Of a stretch of DNA of 64,000 nucleotides, positions 27,665 through 36,609 are shown one piece after another. Numbering within the stretch: position 1 is the stretch's first letter; each line of letters starts with the position of its first letter. Both the position numbers and the translations under genes were made by a program. Origin of the DNA: Thermoproteota archaeon (lineage in GTDB: Archaea; Thermoproteota; EX4484-205; JAAOZP01). Under the pieces are notes generated by a model that was given only the letters and a program-made list of their open reading frames with translations, made no database searches and was not told the DNA's origin. The DNA is taken from the NCBI GenBank assembly GCA_049700215.1, contig JBNAVT010000001.1:17744-81743 (forward strand). Reading direction: 5' to 3'.

Positions 27665-28057
27665 ATGACTCTTAATGATCCCCTGGCCAACGCGTTGACG
27701 GCTCTTCAAAACGCTGACTTGCGCAGGAAGAGGGAGTGCGTAATCTCTCCTGCTTCAAACCTCATCGGCCACGTGCTTAAGATTCTCCAGCAATCAGGCT
27801 ACATAGGCGAGTTCGAGTTTATAGATGACGGTAAAGCAGGCTTCTTCAGGGTTCAGCTCGTCGGGAGGATCAACAAGTGTAGGGCGATTAAGCCCAGGTT
27901 CCCAGCATCCTACCGCGATATTGAGAAGTTTGAGAAAATGTTTCTCCCGGCTTACAGCGTTGGGCTTCTAATCGTTTCAACACCCCAGGGCTTAATGACA
28001 CACTCAGAGGCTAAGAGCAAGAAGGTTGGAGGAAGGCTGATCGCGTATGTCTACTAG
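27665..28057 (+). CDS. rps8: 30S ribosomal protein uS8
   Basis: [13 protein letters not shown]. Confidence 0.95.
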   Translation: MTLNDPLANALTALQNADLRRKRECVISPASNLIGHVLKILQQSGYIGEFEFIDDGKAGFFRVQLVGRINKCRAIKPRFPASYRDIEKFEKMFLPAYSVGLLIVSTPQGLMTHSEAKSKKVGGRLIAYVY

Positions 28058-28616
28058 CGCTCTCGAGCCTGCTGTGCATTCGGCAACCGTGGAAATACCT
28101 GATGGTGTAAGAATCAGCCTGCAGTATTCAACTGTGACTGTTGAGGGGCCTCTTGGAAAGCTTTCCAGAGACTTTTCACACACCGGTTTGAAACTTGCTC
28201 TAGAAGGAAACGTTCTAAAGGTTTTCAGCGTGAACAAGGGTAGAAGGTTTAAGGCGAGGGTTGGAACCGTCGCGAAGCTTGTTAGGAACATGATCGAAGG
28301 CGTTCTCCACGGTTACGTCGCTAGGTTGAAAGTCGTCTATTCCCACTTCCCCGTCACGGTTAAGTATGATAAGCATACTGGAACGGTTTCCATACATAAT
28401 TTCATGGGTGAGAAGTCGCCTAGGCTCTTCAAAATACCTTTTCCAAACGTTGACATTCAGGTTTCGGGTCAAGACATAACCGTCACGGGGCTCGACAAGA
28501 ACGAGGTTACTCAGGTTGCAGCCATGTTCGAATTAGCAACCAAGATTAAGGATAAGGATCCAAGGATCTACGTCGACGGCATATACGTTGTTGAGAAAGG
28601 ATTATGGAGGAAGTGA
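28047..28616 (+). CDS. rpl6: 50S ribosomal protein uL6
   Basis: Position and sequence [14 protein letters not shown]. Confidence 0.95.
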   Translation: MSTSALEPAVHSATVEIPDGVRISLQYSTVTVEGPLGKLSRDFSHTGLKLALEGNVLKVFSVNKGRRFKARVGTVAKLVRNMIEGVLHGYVARLKVVYSHFPVTVKYDKHTGTVSIHNFMGEKSPRLFKIPFPNVDIQVSGQDITVTGLDKNEVTQVAAMFELATKIKDKDPRIYVDGIYVVEKGLWRK

Positions 28617-29032
28617 AGATGACTCCTGAAGCTAGGAAGCTGCTCTCCGCCAGGAGGAGGCGGAAGGAAACAAAGCCTGAGTTCGTCAGGCAGGAGAGCT
28701 GGCGCTACATCAGGCTTAGTGAAAACTGGCGTAGGCCTAGGGGGAAGGATAGTAAGATGAGGCTCAGCGTCAAGGGCTGGCCTAAGACTGTCAACATTGG
28801 CTACGGCACGCCGAGGCCGGCTAGGGGCCTCCATCCCTCAGGCCTAAAGCCAGTCCTCGTCTCCTCAAAGCGAGACTTGGAGAAAGCAGGTTCACCGGAG
28901 GGTAAGATACTGGTCTTCTCCTCCAGGCTCGGCAGGAGGCTGAGGGAGGCTCTTGCCAAGGAGGCTTCTTCCAGAGGCTTCGCTATAGCGAACTACGAGA
29001 GGAAGGTTATTGAGAAGGCTGAGGAGGGTTAG
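28604..29032 (+). CDS. rpl32e: 50S ribosomal protein eL32
   Basis: WRRPRGKDSKMR. Confidence 0.9.
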   Translation: MEEVKMTPEARKLLSARRRRKETKPEFVRQESWRYIRLSENWRRPRGKDSKMRLSVKGWPKTVNIGYGTPRPARGLHPSGLKPVLVSSKRDLEKAGSPEGKILVFSSRLGRRLREALAKEASSRGFAIANYERKVIEKAEEG

Positions 29033-29035
29033 GGG

Positions 29036-29467
29036 TTGAGCATTAAGACTGTTAGGAGACTGGCTGCTGACATCATGAAGGTCGGGGAGTCGAGAATCTG
29101 GATAGACCCGGCGAGGATTGAAGAGGTTGAGGATGCTATCACAAGGGCTGACGTCAGGAGGCTTATTAAAAGCGGCGTGATAAGGGAGAAGCCTCCCTCA
29201 ACCCCGAGCCGGGGGAGGGTTAGGGAGAGAAGCGGGAGAAGAGGCCCTGGAAGCAGGAAGGGCGCCAAGGGCGCCAGGATGACTGTGACATGGGTTGAGA
29301 GAGTCAGGGCTCAGAGAAGTCTTCTAAAGCAGCTTAGGGACAAGGGGGTTGTTTCCAGGAGGCTCTACAGGAGGCTCTACCTGATGGTTAAGGGGGGAGC
29401 TTTCTCCAGCAGGAGGGTTTTAATGAACTATGTTGCTTCGCTGAAGGAGAGGGGTGAGGCGGCTTAA
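29036..29467 (+). CDS. rpl19e: 50S ribosomal protein eL19
   Basis: RRLAADIMKVGESRIWIDP. Confidence 0.95.
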   Translation: MSIKTVRRLAADIMKVGESRIWIDPARIEEVEDAITRADVRRLIKSGVIREKPPSTPSRGRVRERSGRRGPGSRKGAKGARMTVTWVERVRAQRSLLKQLRDKGVVSRRLYRRLYLMVKGGAFSSRRVLMNYVASLKERGEAA

Positions 29468-30042
29468 TGGCTAGGTCAGCATCCTACAGGGTTAAGTTTA
29501 AGCGTCGCAGGAATGGTTTTACAGACTACTATCTGAGAACCAAGCTTCTCAGGTCAGGCTTACCAAGGGTCGTCGTAAGGGTTTCGAACAAGCATGTACG
29601 CGTGACGGTTGTTTCAAGCAGGCCTACGGGTGACATTGTGGTTGCTTCAGCGTTTTCCCAGGAGCTTAAAGGATTCGGCTGGCCCTTCAGCTTCAACAAT
29701 ACTCCGGCAGCCTATCTTACAGCATACTTAGCTGGATTAAGGTGTTTGAAGAAAAATGTTTCAGAGGGTATTCTAGACGCTGGGCTCAGTAAGCCGACTA
29801 AGGGTGGAAGAATATATGCTGCTTGCAGCGGGCTTCTAGACGCGGGCTTTAAGGTGAGGGTTGATCCGTCTATGCTTCCGGATAAGGTCAGGATAACGGG
29901 GGGACACATAGTCAGCTTTTTCAAAGAATCTGGGGGGCAAGGTTTTTCAAGGTATGTTGAAGCCGGCCTGAAGGTGGAGGAGATGCCGAGAATACTGGAG
30001 GAGGTTAAAAGCAGGATTAGGGAGGCTGTTGGAAATGGCTGA
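29467..30042 (+). CDS. rpl18: 50S ribosomal protein uL18
   Basis: FKRRRNGFTDYY. Confidence 0.95.
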   Translation: MARSASYRVKFKRRRNGFTDYYLRTKLLRSGLPRVVVRVSNKHVRVTVVSSRPTGDIVVASAFSQELKGFGWPFSFNNTPAAYLTAYLAGLRCLKKNVSEGILDAGLSKPTKGGRIYAACSGLLDAGFKVRVDPSMLPDKVRITGGHIVSFFKESGGQGFSRYVEAGLKVEEMPRILEEVKSRIREAVGNG

Positions 30043-30694
30043 GGAGGAGGCGGGGGAGCCTGAGGAGGAAGTCGGGGAGATCACCGTAGAAACCCCTTTA
30101 ATAAGGATGATTAAAGAGGGCAGGGTTTCATCGGTTGAAGACGTTTTCAACATGGGTCTGAAGATAAGGGAGCCTGAGGCGATAGACCTTCTGCTGCGCA
30201 AGATAAGGGAGGAAGTCATATCGATGAGCCCTGTTCAGAAGCAGAGCGACGCTGGCGAGAAGACTCGTTTCAGAGCACTCGTGGTCGTCGGGGATGAGGA
30301 CGGTCACGTCGGCATAGGCTCAGCCAAGGCTAAGCAGGTTAGGGATGCGATTGAGAAGGCTGCGAGGAAGGCCAGGCTGAACATAATACCTGTGCCAAGG
30401 GGATGCGGCTCATGGGAGTGTAAATGCGGGGAGCCCCACTCAATACCTTCTAAAACATTCGGGAAGACTGGAAGCGTCTATGTCGCCTTCTTCCCCGGAC
30501 CCAAGGGCCTCGGCCTAGTTGTAGGGGATGCTGCGAAGCCTCTTTTCAGGCTCGCCGGAATAAGGGACGTATGGTCTAAGACTAAGGGCTCAACCTCTAC
30601 CAGCCACTCGTTCGTAGCTGCCGCCTACTCTGCTCTGAAAAGGCTTTACACAACTAGTTTCCTAGCTTCGGAGGCTGCTCGCGTTGAAGGCTGA
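30029..30694 (+). CDS. rps5: 30S ribosomal protein uS5
   Basis: RFRALVVVGDEDGHVGIGSAKAKQV. Confidence 0.95.
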   Translation: MEMAEEEAGEPEEEVGEITVETPLIRMIKEGRVSSVEDVFNMGLKIREPEAIDLLLRKIREEVISMSPVQKQSDAGEKTRFRALVVVGDEDGHVGIGSAKAKQVRDAIEKAARKARLNIIPVPRGCGSWECKCGEPHSIPSKTFGKTGSVYVAFFPGPKGLGLVVGDAAKPLFRLAGIRDVWSKTKGSTSTSHSFVAAAYSALKRLYTTSFLASEAARVEG

Positions 30695-31175
30695 GGAAAA
30701 CCTTCCTCCGCTTGCAGTCGTCGTCAGAGTAAGGGGGTCTGTCAACGTTACCAGGGATGTTTCAGCCACGCTGAGGAAGCTCAGGCTTCTCAGGGTGAAC
30801 TCGTCGACGCTCGTCAGGCTAACCCCCCCGGTTGAAGGCATGTTGAGAAGGGTGAAGGAGCATGTTTTCTGGGGCAGGGTGGATAAAAACATGCTTCGCC
30901 TGCTGCTCTTGAAGAGAGGAAGGCTTCCGGGAGACAGGCGTTTAAGCGACGAGAATGTTTCAAAATACACTAGGTACCGGACGCTGGATGAGCTGGTTGA
31001 AGCAGTCTGGCTTAGCAGCTCTCCGGCTGAAGCCATCAAGCCTGTTAAACCTGTTTTCAGGCTAACCCCGCCTAAGGGCGGTTTTAAGAGGAGTGTTAAG
31101 AAGCCTGTTAAGAAGGGCGGGATACTGGGAGACTGGGGCGATAGAGTAGGCTGGATACTGAGACGGATGGTCTAG
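30684..31175 (+). CDS. rpl30: 50S ribosomal protein uL30
   Basis: LAVVVRVRGSVNVTRDVSATLRKLRL. Confidence 0.9.
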   Translation: MKAEENLPPLAVVVRVRGSVNVTRDVSATLRKLRLLRVNSSTLVRLTPPVEGMLRRVKEHVFWGRVDKNMLRLLLLKRGRLPGDRRLSDENVSKYTRYRTLDELVEAVWLSSSPAEAIKPVKPVFRLTPPKGGFKRSVKKPVKKGGILGDWGDRVGWILRRMV

Positions 31176-31305
31176 CTGCCGGATACGGCTGAAGGCTTTT
31201 TAAAGCTGTTGCGGATTAATGGATGATGGTGGAAAACCGGTTTAAGGCTTGCGCTGACCAAACGGTAAGGGTTAAAAAGTCCAGAATACTCCTCTCGCCG
31301 AGAAA

Positions 31306-31725
31306 TTGCCGACCAGGTTGAGAAAAGTTAGGAGGATGCGGGGCAGCAGGACCCACGGCTGGGGCCAGATAGGCCAGCACCGTAAATCAGGGTCGAGGGG
31401 CGGCGTTGGCAGGGCTGGCAGCATGGGGCACAAGTTTCTAATGTTCTACAAGGAGGAGAAGGATAAGGGTTTCATAAGGAGGGTTCCAAAGGCTGAGGGG
31501 AAAAGGATAAACGTCGGGGAACTGGATGAACTCTTCAGGAGGACGCGTGGGCAGGCCGCGGAGGGTGAGAAAACACTGGATCTTGCTGCGCTCGGCTATT
31601 CTAAGCTTCTGGGTTCGGGGAGTGTTTCCACAGCCTACGTGGTTAGGGTTGCCTCCTGCAGCGAGAAGGCGAGGATGAAGGTGGAGGCTAAGGGCGGTAG
31701 GATTGTTAAGCCTGGTGAACCCTGA
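31306..31725 (+). CDS. rpl15: 50S ribosomal protein uL15
   Basis: RMRGSRTHGWG. Confidence 0.9.
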   Translation: MPTRLRKVRRMRGSRTHGWGQIGQHRKSGSRGGVGRAGSMGHKFLMFYKEEKDKGFIRRVPKAEGKRINVGELDELFRRTRGQAAEGEKTLDLAALGYSKLLGSGSVSTAYVVRVASCSEKARMKVEAKGGRIVKPGEP

Positions 31726-33131
31726 TGGGCTTCCTGGAAGCCATGGAGAGCATCGAGCCATACGTCCCCCAGATAGAGGCCCCGACTAGAAAGGTTAGCT
31801 TCACTACAAGGCTGATGTGGACAGGGCTCGTGCTAGCGCTCTACCTGGTTATGGGCTATGTTCCTCTCTACGGGGTTGGAAGCCAGGGAGCTGACCCATG
31901 GGCGTCCTACAGGATCATAATAGGGGGGCAGCAGGGTTCTCTCCTACACCTCGGCATCGGCCCCCTCGTGACAGGCAGCCTCGTAGTACAGCTTCTAGCG
32001 GGCTCAGGCTTGATCAGGTATGACCCGGGCTCAGAGTATGACAGGAGGATGCTGCAGGTTGCTACGAAGCTGGCTACCCTTCTGCTTATCCTCTTCTCAG
32101 CCGGCTCGACTGTTTTCAGCGGGTCGCTGGGGGCATTGAGTTTGAAGGCTGAAATCATAGCTATGGTGCAGCTCTCAATAGCCTCGATCCTACTGCTATT
32201 CATGGATGAGACGCTTCAAAAAGGCTGGGGCCTGGGCAGCGGGATAAGCCTCTTCATACTTGCCGGTGTAGCTAAGGAGATATGGCTGGGCTGTTTAAAC
32301 CCGCTCCCGGCGCCCGACGGCTACATGTGGGGAGTGCTGCTCTTCTTCTTCCAGAAGGCTTTCGCTCTTAAAAGCCCTCTGGCCGACTTCTTCTACAGGG
32401 GTGCCCCGACGGTTCCCACGATTTTCCAGCTGATTGTAACCGTGGTCTTCATACTCGTGCTCATCTACCTTGAAAACGTTAGGATTAACGTTCCTATTTC
32501 ACACGGGCGTTTCAGAGGCTTCTCCAGAGGCTTCCCCATTAGGCTGCTTTACGTTTCGAATATTCCAGTCATTCTCGCGGCGGCAATATTCTCAAACATA
32601 CAGCTGATGGCTAATGTTGCGAGTGGAACCTGGCTCGCCAACACTCCGGTGGCTGATTTCATAGGCAGGGTTGAAGTGGTTAACAACACGTATGTTCCTG
32701 TTTCAGGCTTAGCTTGGCTTGTGAATCCTCCGCGAGGCATCACGCATGTTGCTGCAGAGCCTCTTCGTGCAGTAGGCTACATACTACTGCTCGCCCTCTT
32801 AAGCCTAGGCCTGTCAATGGTTTGGCTCTCTGTTTCAGGCATGGATGCTAAATCGGTTTCCTCTCAGCTGGTTGACTCAGACGTTTTTCTAAGGGGCTTC
32901 AGGTCCACCCCGGGAGTGATTGAGAGTAAAATAGCCCCGTACATAAACACGGTTGCGCTGCTGGGGGGTTTGATTATCGGGCTTATCGCGGGCGTTGGGG
33001 ACGTGCTAGCCGTCATAGGCGGGGGCATGGGTGTCCTGCTGGCGGTGGACATAGTGCAGCAGTACTACCAGTTAATCATGGAGGAGACTATTGAAACCCA
33101 CCCCGGCCTGCTTAGGGTGCTGGGAAAGTAG
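31725..33131 (+). CDS. secY: preprotein translocase SecY
   Basis: 468-aa polytopic membrane protein directly after uL15. Confidence 0.95.
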   Translation: MGFLEAMESIEPYVPQIEAPTRKVSFTTRLMWTGLVLALYLVMGYVPLYGVGSQGADPWASYRIIIGGQQGSLLHLGIGPLVTGSLVVQLLAGSGLIRYDPGSEYDRRMLQVATKLATLLLILFSAGSTVFSGSLGALSLKAEIIAMVQLSIASILLLFMDETLQKGWGLGSGISLFILAGVAKEIWLGCLNPLPAPDGYMWGVLLFFFQKAFALKSPLADFFYRGAPTVPTIFQLIVTVVFILVLIYLENVRINVPISHGRFRGFSRGFPIRLLYVSNIPVILAAAIFSNIQLMANVASGTWLANTPVADFIGRVEVVNNTYVPVSGLAWLVNPPRGITHVAAEPLRAVGYILLLALLSLGLSMVWLSVSGMDAKSVSSQLVDSDVFLRGFRSTPGVIESKIAPYINTVALLGGLIIGLIAGVGDVLAVIGGGMGVLLAVDIVQQYYQLIMEETIETHPGLLRVLGK

Positions 33132-33231
33132 CCAGAAACATTTATTTAACAACAGTTTTTTCAGTGATTAAGCATGGCGCGTAATGTTGAGCATCCGGCT
33201 GCGAATTGTTTAAACCCGTGTTCAGTGGGGG

Positions 33232-33690
33232 GTGAGAAGGTTGTCCGCTAGTGGGGTTGCCATGGTTACGCTGGTTACAGCAGTCTCCTCGCTCCTGGGT
33301 CACTTAGTTCTGAAATTCGTCCTCCACCCTGAGAGAATGCGGTTGAAGACGGAGGAGTTGAAAGCATACAGGTTGGAGCGTGATGCCGCAACCAAGCTTA
33401 AGGACCAGAAGCTTCTTAAAAAGCTCGACAAGCAGAAGGTATACATGTCTAAGGTTGAGCAGGAGGTCTCCTCCTTCCAGCTTAAAACAATGCTTGTTAA
33501 CATGGGCATCATGTTTTCAGCATTCTACTTTCTATGGTTCACCATACCTATGGGGGATGTGGCTGGCCGCTTCTCAGCGTCGCTCTACGGCGGAAACGAG
33601 GAAATACAGTTAAGCTACGGCCTCTGGTACTTCATAGCTCTCTCCTTCTTCATACAGGTCTTCCGGAAGGCGTTTGGAGTAGGCGGCTGA
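33232..33690 (+). CDS. DUF106/EMC3-like membrane protein (archaeal YidC/Oxa1-like)
   Basis: TM, lysine-rich coiled coil, then TM pair, in the conserved position downstream of secY. Start may be the ATG at 33262. Confidence 0.5.
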   Translation: MRRLSASGVAMVTLVTAVSSLLGHLVLKFVLHPERMRLKTEELKAYRLERDAATKLKDQKLLKKLDKQKVYMSKVEQEVSSFQLKTMLVNMGIMFSAFYFLWFTIPMGDVAGRFSASLYGGNEEIQLSYGLWYFIALSFFIQVFRKAFGVGG

Positions 33691-33691
33691 G

Positions 33692-34255
33692 GTGGTTTGG
33701 TTGAAGAGGCCGAGAAACCCGATAATAATAATAACGGGCCTGCACGGGGTTGGGAAATCAACTTTCGCAGCCCCGCTTGCAAGAGAGTTCAACCTTAAGT
33801 ATGTTTCAACGGGCTCCGTTTTCCGTTCGATAGCTGAAAAGAAGGGGTTGACGCTCGCCCAGCTCTCAGAGCTCTGCAAGAAATCTCCCGAGTTCGACAG
33901 GGAGATAGACAGCGTTACTCTCTCTCTGCTCGACTCAGGCGGGGTTGTTCTAGACAGTCTCCTCGCAGGATGGTTCGCCAAGGGTGTTGAGTCCTTCAAA
34001 ATATATTTGAAGGCGCCTTTCGAAGAAAGGTGCAGGAGGATCGCCGTCAGGGAGAAAAGGCCGTTTGAAGAAGTAGTTTCTGAAACCCTTACCAGGGAGG
34101 ACTCGGAGAGGAAAAGGTTCGTTGAATACTACGGGTTTAACATTGATGATCTGAGCATCTACGACATTGTTATCGACACAGGGAGCCTCTCCCAGGAATC
34201 AGTCGGTGGAATACTTAAGTTAGCCGTCTCAGCCTACTTAAAGGAGAAATGGTGA
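33692..34255 (+). CDS. cmk: cytidylate kinase (archaeal type)
   Basis: P-loop IIIITGLHGVGKST and a short-kinase layout next to eL14. Confidence 0.8.
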   Translation: MVWLKRPRNPIIIITGLHGVGKSTFAAPLAREFNLKYVSTGSVFRSIAEKKGLTLAQLSELCKKSPEFDREIDSVTLSLLDSGGVVLDSLLAGWFAKGVESFKIYLKAPFEERCRRIAVREKRPFEEVVSETLTREDSERKRFVEYYGFNIDDLSIYDIVIDTGSLSQESVGGILKLAVSAYLKEKW

Positions 34256-34261
34256 TGGAGA

Positions 34262-34555
34262 ATGCCTAGGGAAGTGTTGCGACCAGGAAGGATTTGCGTG
34301 ATAACCCGCGGCAGAGACAAGGGGAAGAAATGCGTCGTAGTCGGCAGCGTTGACGATACGAGTGTTCTCGTAACCGGTCCGAAGGAGTTGAACGGCGTTA
34401 AGAGGGGTAGGAAGAACATCCTCCATCTCATGCCTCTCGCTGAAAACGTTAGAGTAAGGGTTAACTCTAAGGATGAGACTGTTCTAGCAGCCCTGGAGAA
34501 AAGCGGCTTGAAAGAATTCATGAGGGAGATAATGAGGGTTGAGGATGCTGGTTGA
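34262..34555 (+). CDS. rpl14e: 50S ribosomal protein eL14
   Basis: KOW-like LRPGRICVITRGRDKGKKCVVV. Confidence 0.9.
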   Translation: MPREVLRPGRICVITRGRDKGKKCVVVGSVDDTSVLVTGPKELNGVKRGRKNILHLMPLAENVRVRVNSKDETVLAALEKSGLKEFMREIMRVEDAG

Positions 34556-35538
34556 CTTCGTAAAGTTCAGGACGCTGGTTAAGGAGGAGTGTGAAACCGA
34601 CGAGAAGTACGGTGAGCACCCGGATAAGAGGAGCGTCTCCAGGCTTCTGCAGCTGGGGGTTGTGAACCTGGATAAGCCGCCAGGGCCCTCGAGCCACGAC
34701 GTTTCTTCAACAGTTAAGAGGATTCTTAACGCTGAGAAGGCTGGGCACGCCGGGACCCTTGAAGCAATGGGGAGATCCCGGTGTCTCCGGTGTTCTACCC
34801 GTATGCCTCAACGACGCTACTAAAACAATAGAATACCTCCATCTGATGAGTAAAGAGTATGTCGGAGTGTGCGAGGTCCACAGGGATTTCGACGAGAAGG
34901 CTCTGCGAAGATGGGTTGAGAAGATGACTGGCCCGATATACCAGCGGCCACCGGTTAAATCATCCGTTAAAAGATCGCTACGGCGGAGGATTGTTCTAAA
35001 GTTTACAGTCGAGGATGTTTCAGAGAGAAGGTTTGTCTTCAGGGTTGCTACTGAACCCGGCACGTACATCAGGAAGCTTCTTCACGATCTTGGCCTGCTC
35101 CTGGGAACTGGTGCACACATGGTTGAGCTTAGAAGAGTTAGGGACGGTTTTCTCAACGAGGATTCTTCAACAACCCTCCTCGAGCTCTACGCAGCCTGGC
35201 AGCTCTACTCTAAGAAGGGTGACGAGACGCTTATCAGGAGATTCGTTAAGCCTGTTGAAGAAGCTTTCAAAGGATTTCCATCAGTCTACATTAAGGACAG
35301 CGCGGTCGCGGCAGTTGCACACGGCGCCCCCCTCGCCTCCCGGGGTGTTTCAAAAATAGACCACCCGCTTTCCAAGGGCGACGTAGTATGCATAAAAACC
35401 CTGAAGGGAGAGTGCGTAGGCTTCGGCACTCTCACCATGGGTTCAGACGAGGTTCTGCAGGCTAAGAGCGGGATAGTTGTTTCAGTGGAGAGAGTTGTGA
35501 TGGATAGGAGCCTCTACCCCAAGATGTGGGGCGGCTAA
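34539..35538 (+). CDS. cbf5: H/ACA RNP pseudouridine synthase Cbf5, interrupted by a 13-nt BHB intron
   Basis: The two track ORFs (34539..34823 and 34759..35538) join to KAGHAGTL|DPGVSGVLPVCLNDATK when 34762..34774 is removed. TruB catalytic motif and C-terminal PUA-like region are present. Confidence 0.85.
34762..34774 (+). other. 13-nt bulge-helix-bulge intron in cbf5 mRNA
   Basis: Outer helix ccggga (34750-55) / tcccgg (34776-81). 3' bulge aga (34773-75). Central 4-bp helix ccct (34756-59) / gggg (34769-72). 5' bulge tga (34760-62). Cleavage after the 2nd nt of each bulge removes 13 nt and restores the frame. Confidence 0.75.
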
Positions 35539-35594
35539 GAAGGCTTTAACCCGCCAGCCTCCTATCGTCGTGTTCAGTGCTCCGGCAAACAAAA

Positions 35595-35602
35595 CTTAAA
35601 AA
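35595..35602 (+). promoter_or_regulatory. TATA-like box for tRNA-Ser
   Basis: cttaaaaa ends 25 nt before tRNA position +1. Confidence 0.4.
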
Positions 35603-35627
35603 CATGCCTCGCAAGCACTCTTCAAAT

Positions 35628-35756
35628 GCCGAGGTGCCCGAACTTGGCTAAGGGGCAAGCCTGGAGCACGCGCGCTGGCGTGCTAAAGCAGTTAAAGCGG
35701 TTTCAGCGAGCTTGTGGCCCTCCTGGGCCTTAGGGGTTCAAATCCCCTCCTCGGCG
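35628..35756 (+). tRNA. tRNA-Ser(GGA), class II, with a 42-nt canonical-position intron (35667..35708)
   Basis: Acceptor GCCGAGG/CCTCGGC, T-arm AGGGG-TTCAAAT-CCCCT, long variable arm GGCCC-TCCT-GGGCC. Anticodon stem CAAGC/GCTTG, loop CTGGAG|intron|A. CTGG/TCAG central helix flanked by 3-nt bulges. Confidence 0.8.
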
Positions 35757-35818
35757 TTTTAAATATTTATGTTTATTCAAGTAATGCGCTGGTTAAAAAC
35801 CTGGATATTCTGTCCCTA

Positions 35819-35830
35819 TAGCGCGCGCTA
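35819..35830. repeat. GCGC-core palindrome copy (tagcgcgcgcta, perfect)
   Basis: Identical 12-mer to 10065..10076. Confidence 0.7.
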
Positions 35831-36029
35831 GTTGCGGCATCATCGTGAGCGGATAGGGCTGCGACGATGACAGCGTTAGGCGAAGGATGAATCCGGGTAT
35901 TAAGTGTGCCGGAGGAAGGGTTTTATGAGGCTGGTTAAATGGCGTTTAGAGGACAGAAACCCGTTGGACTAGTTGAGCAGGTTCTCAGGCTTCAAACAGC
36001 CGTAGGATTAAACCGCTGTTTCCCAGGCA

Positions 36030-36054
36030 CCGGCAGTCGTCCCGCCGGGTTTTT
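36030..36054 (+). terminator. hairpin plus T5 run (terminator-like)
   Basis: ccggc-agtcgtccc-gccgg followed by g-ttttt, about 30 nt upstream of the uS13 region. Confidence 0.3.
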
Positions 36055-36126
36055 AAACATCCCTGCTTGTTTCTTTGAAAAATAATGTTTATAACCAGCC
36101 TTATCCAGAGCCCTTTAGGCCTGCTT

Positions 36127-36603
36127 ATGAGCAACAGGGAGTTTAGGGAGATAGTGCGGATCGCCGGTGTGGATTGCGACGGCAAGAGAAAGGTATTGGA
36201 CGGTCTATCGCTGGTTAAAGGCATAGGCTGGTCCACGGCTAGAGCGCTTTGCATAGCGCTGAACATACCTATGGACACTAGGCTGGGCTACTTGTCTGAG
36301 GAGGAGGTGGCTAGGATAGAGGCTGCGCTAAACAATCCCGGGTCGCTGGACATGCCTGTTTGGATGCTCAACAGGAGGAGAGACCCCCTGACCGGTGAGG
36401 ATAAGCACTTGTTAACGTCTGATCTAGAGCTTACTCAGAAGATGGATATTGAGAGGATGATGAGGATTAAGTCTTGGAAGGGTGTTAGGCATTCCCTCGG
36501 CTTAAAGGTGAGGGGGCAGAGGACTAGGACGACCGGAAGGACAGGCGGCCCAATAGGTTTTTCAAAGGCTGCCTTGAAGCAGGCTGAGAGCAGCAAGCAG
36601 TGA
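36127..36603 (+). CDS. rps13: 30S ribosomal protein uS13
   Basis: MSNREFREIVRIAGVDCDGKRKV. Confidence 0.95.
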   Translation: MSNREFREIVRIAGVDCDGKRKVLDGLSLVKGIGWSTARALCIALNIPMDTRLGYLSEEEVARIEAALNNPGSLDMPVWMLNRRRDPLTGEDKHLLTSDLELTQKMDIERMMRIKSWKGVRHSLGLKVRGQRTRTTGRTGGPIGFSKAALKQAESSKQ

Positions 36604-36609
36604 TGAGCA

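Noticed and set aside
31215-31262. C/D box sRNA in the uL30-uL15 spacer (ggATGATGg ... CTGA).
   Set aside because: The C box is imperfect and no C'/D' boxes are present. Only about 25-30 nt separate the boxes, too short for guide regions.
35840-35873. H/ACA sRNA: 7-bp stem tcatcgt/acgatga followed by ACA, close to cbf5.
   Set aside because: The enclosed 17 nt cannot provide a pseudouridylation pocket plus an upper stem with a K-turn or K-loop. It is far shorter than archaeal H/ACA hairpins.
35880-35975. RNase P RNA: strings GGAGGAAGGG (CR-I-like), AGGATGAATCC and ACAGAAACCCG (CR-V-like).
   Set aside because: The putative P4 strands are only about 40 nt apart and cannot form the canonical P4 helix with bulged U. 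The order of the conserved blocks is wrong. No P1-P3 pairing was found.
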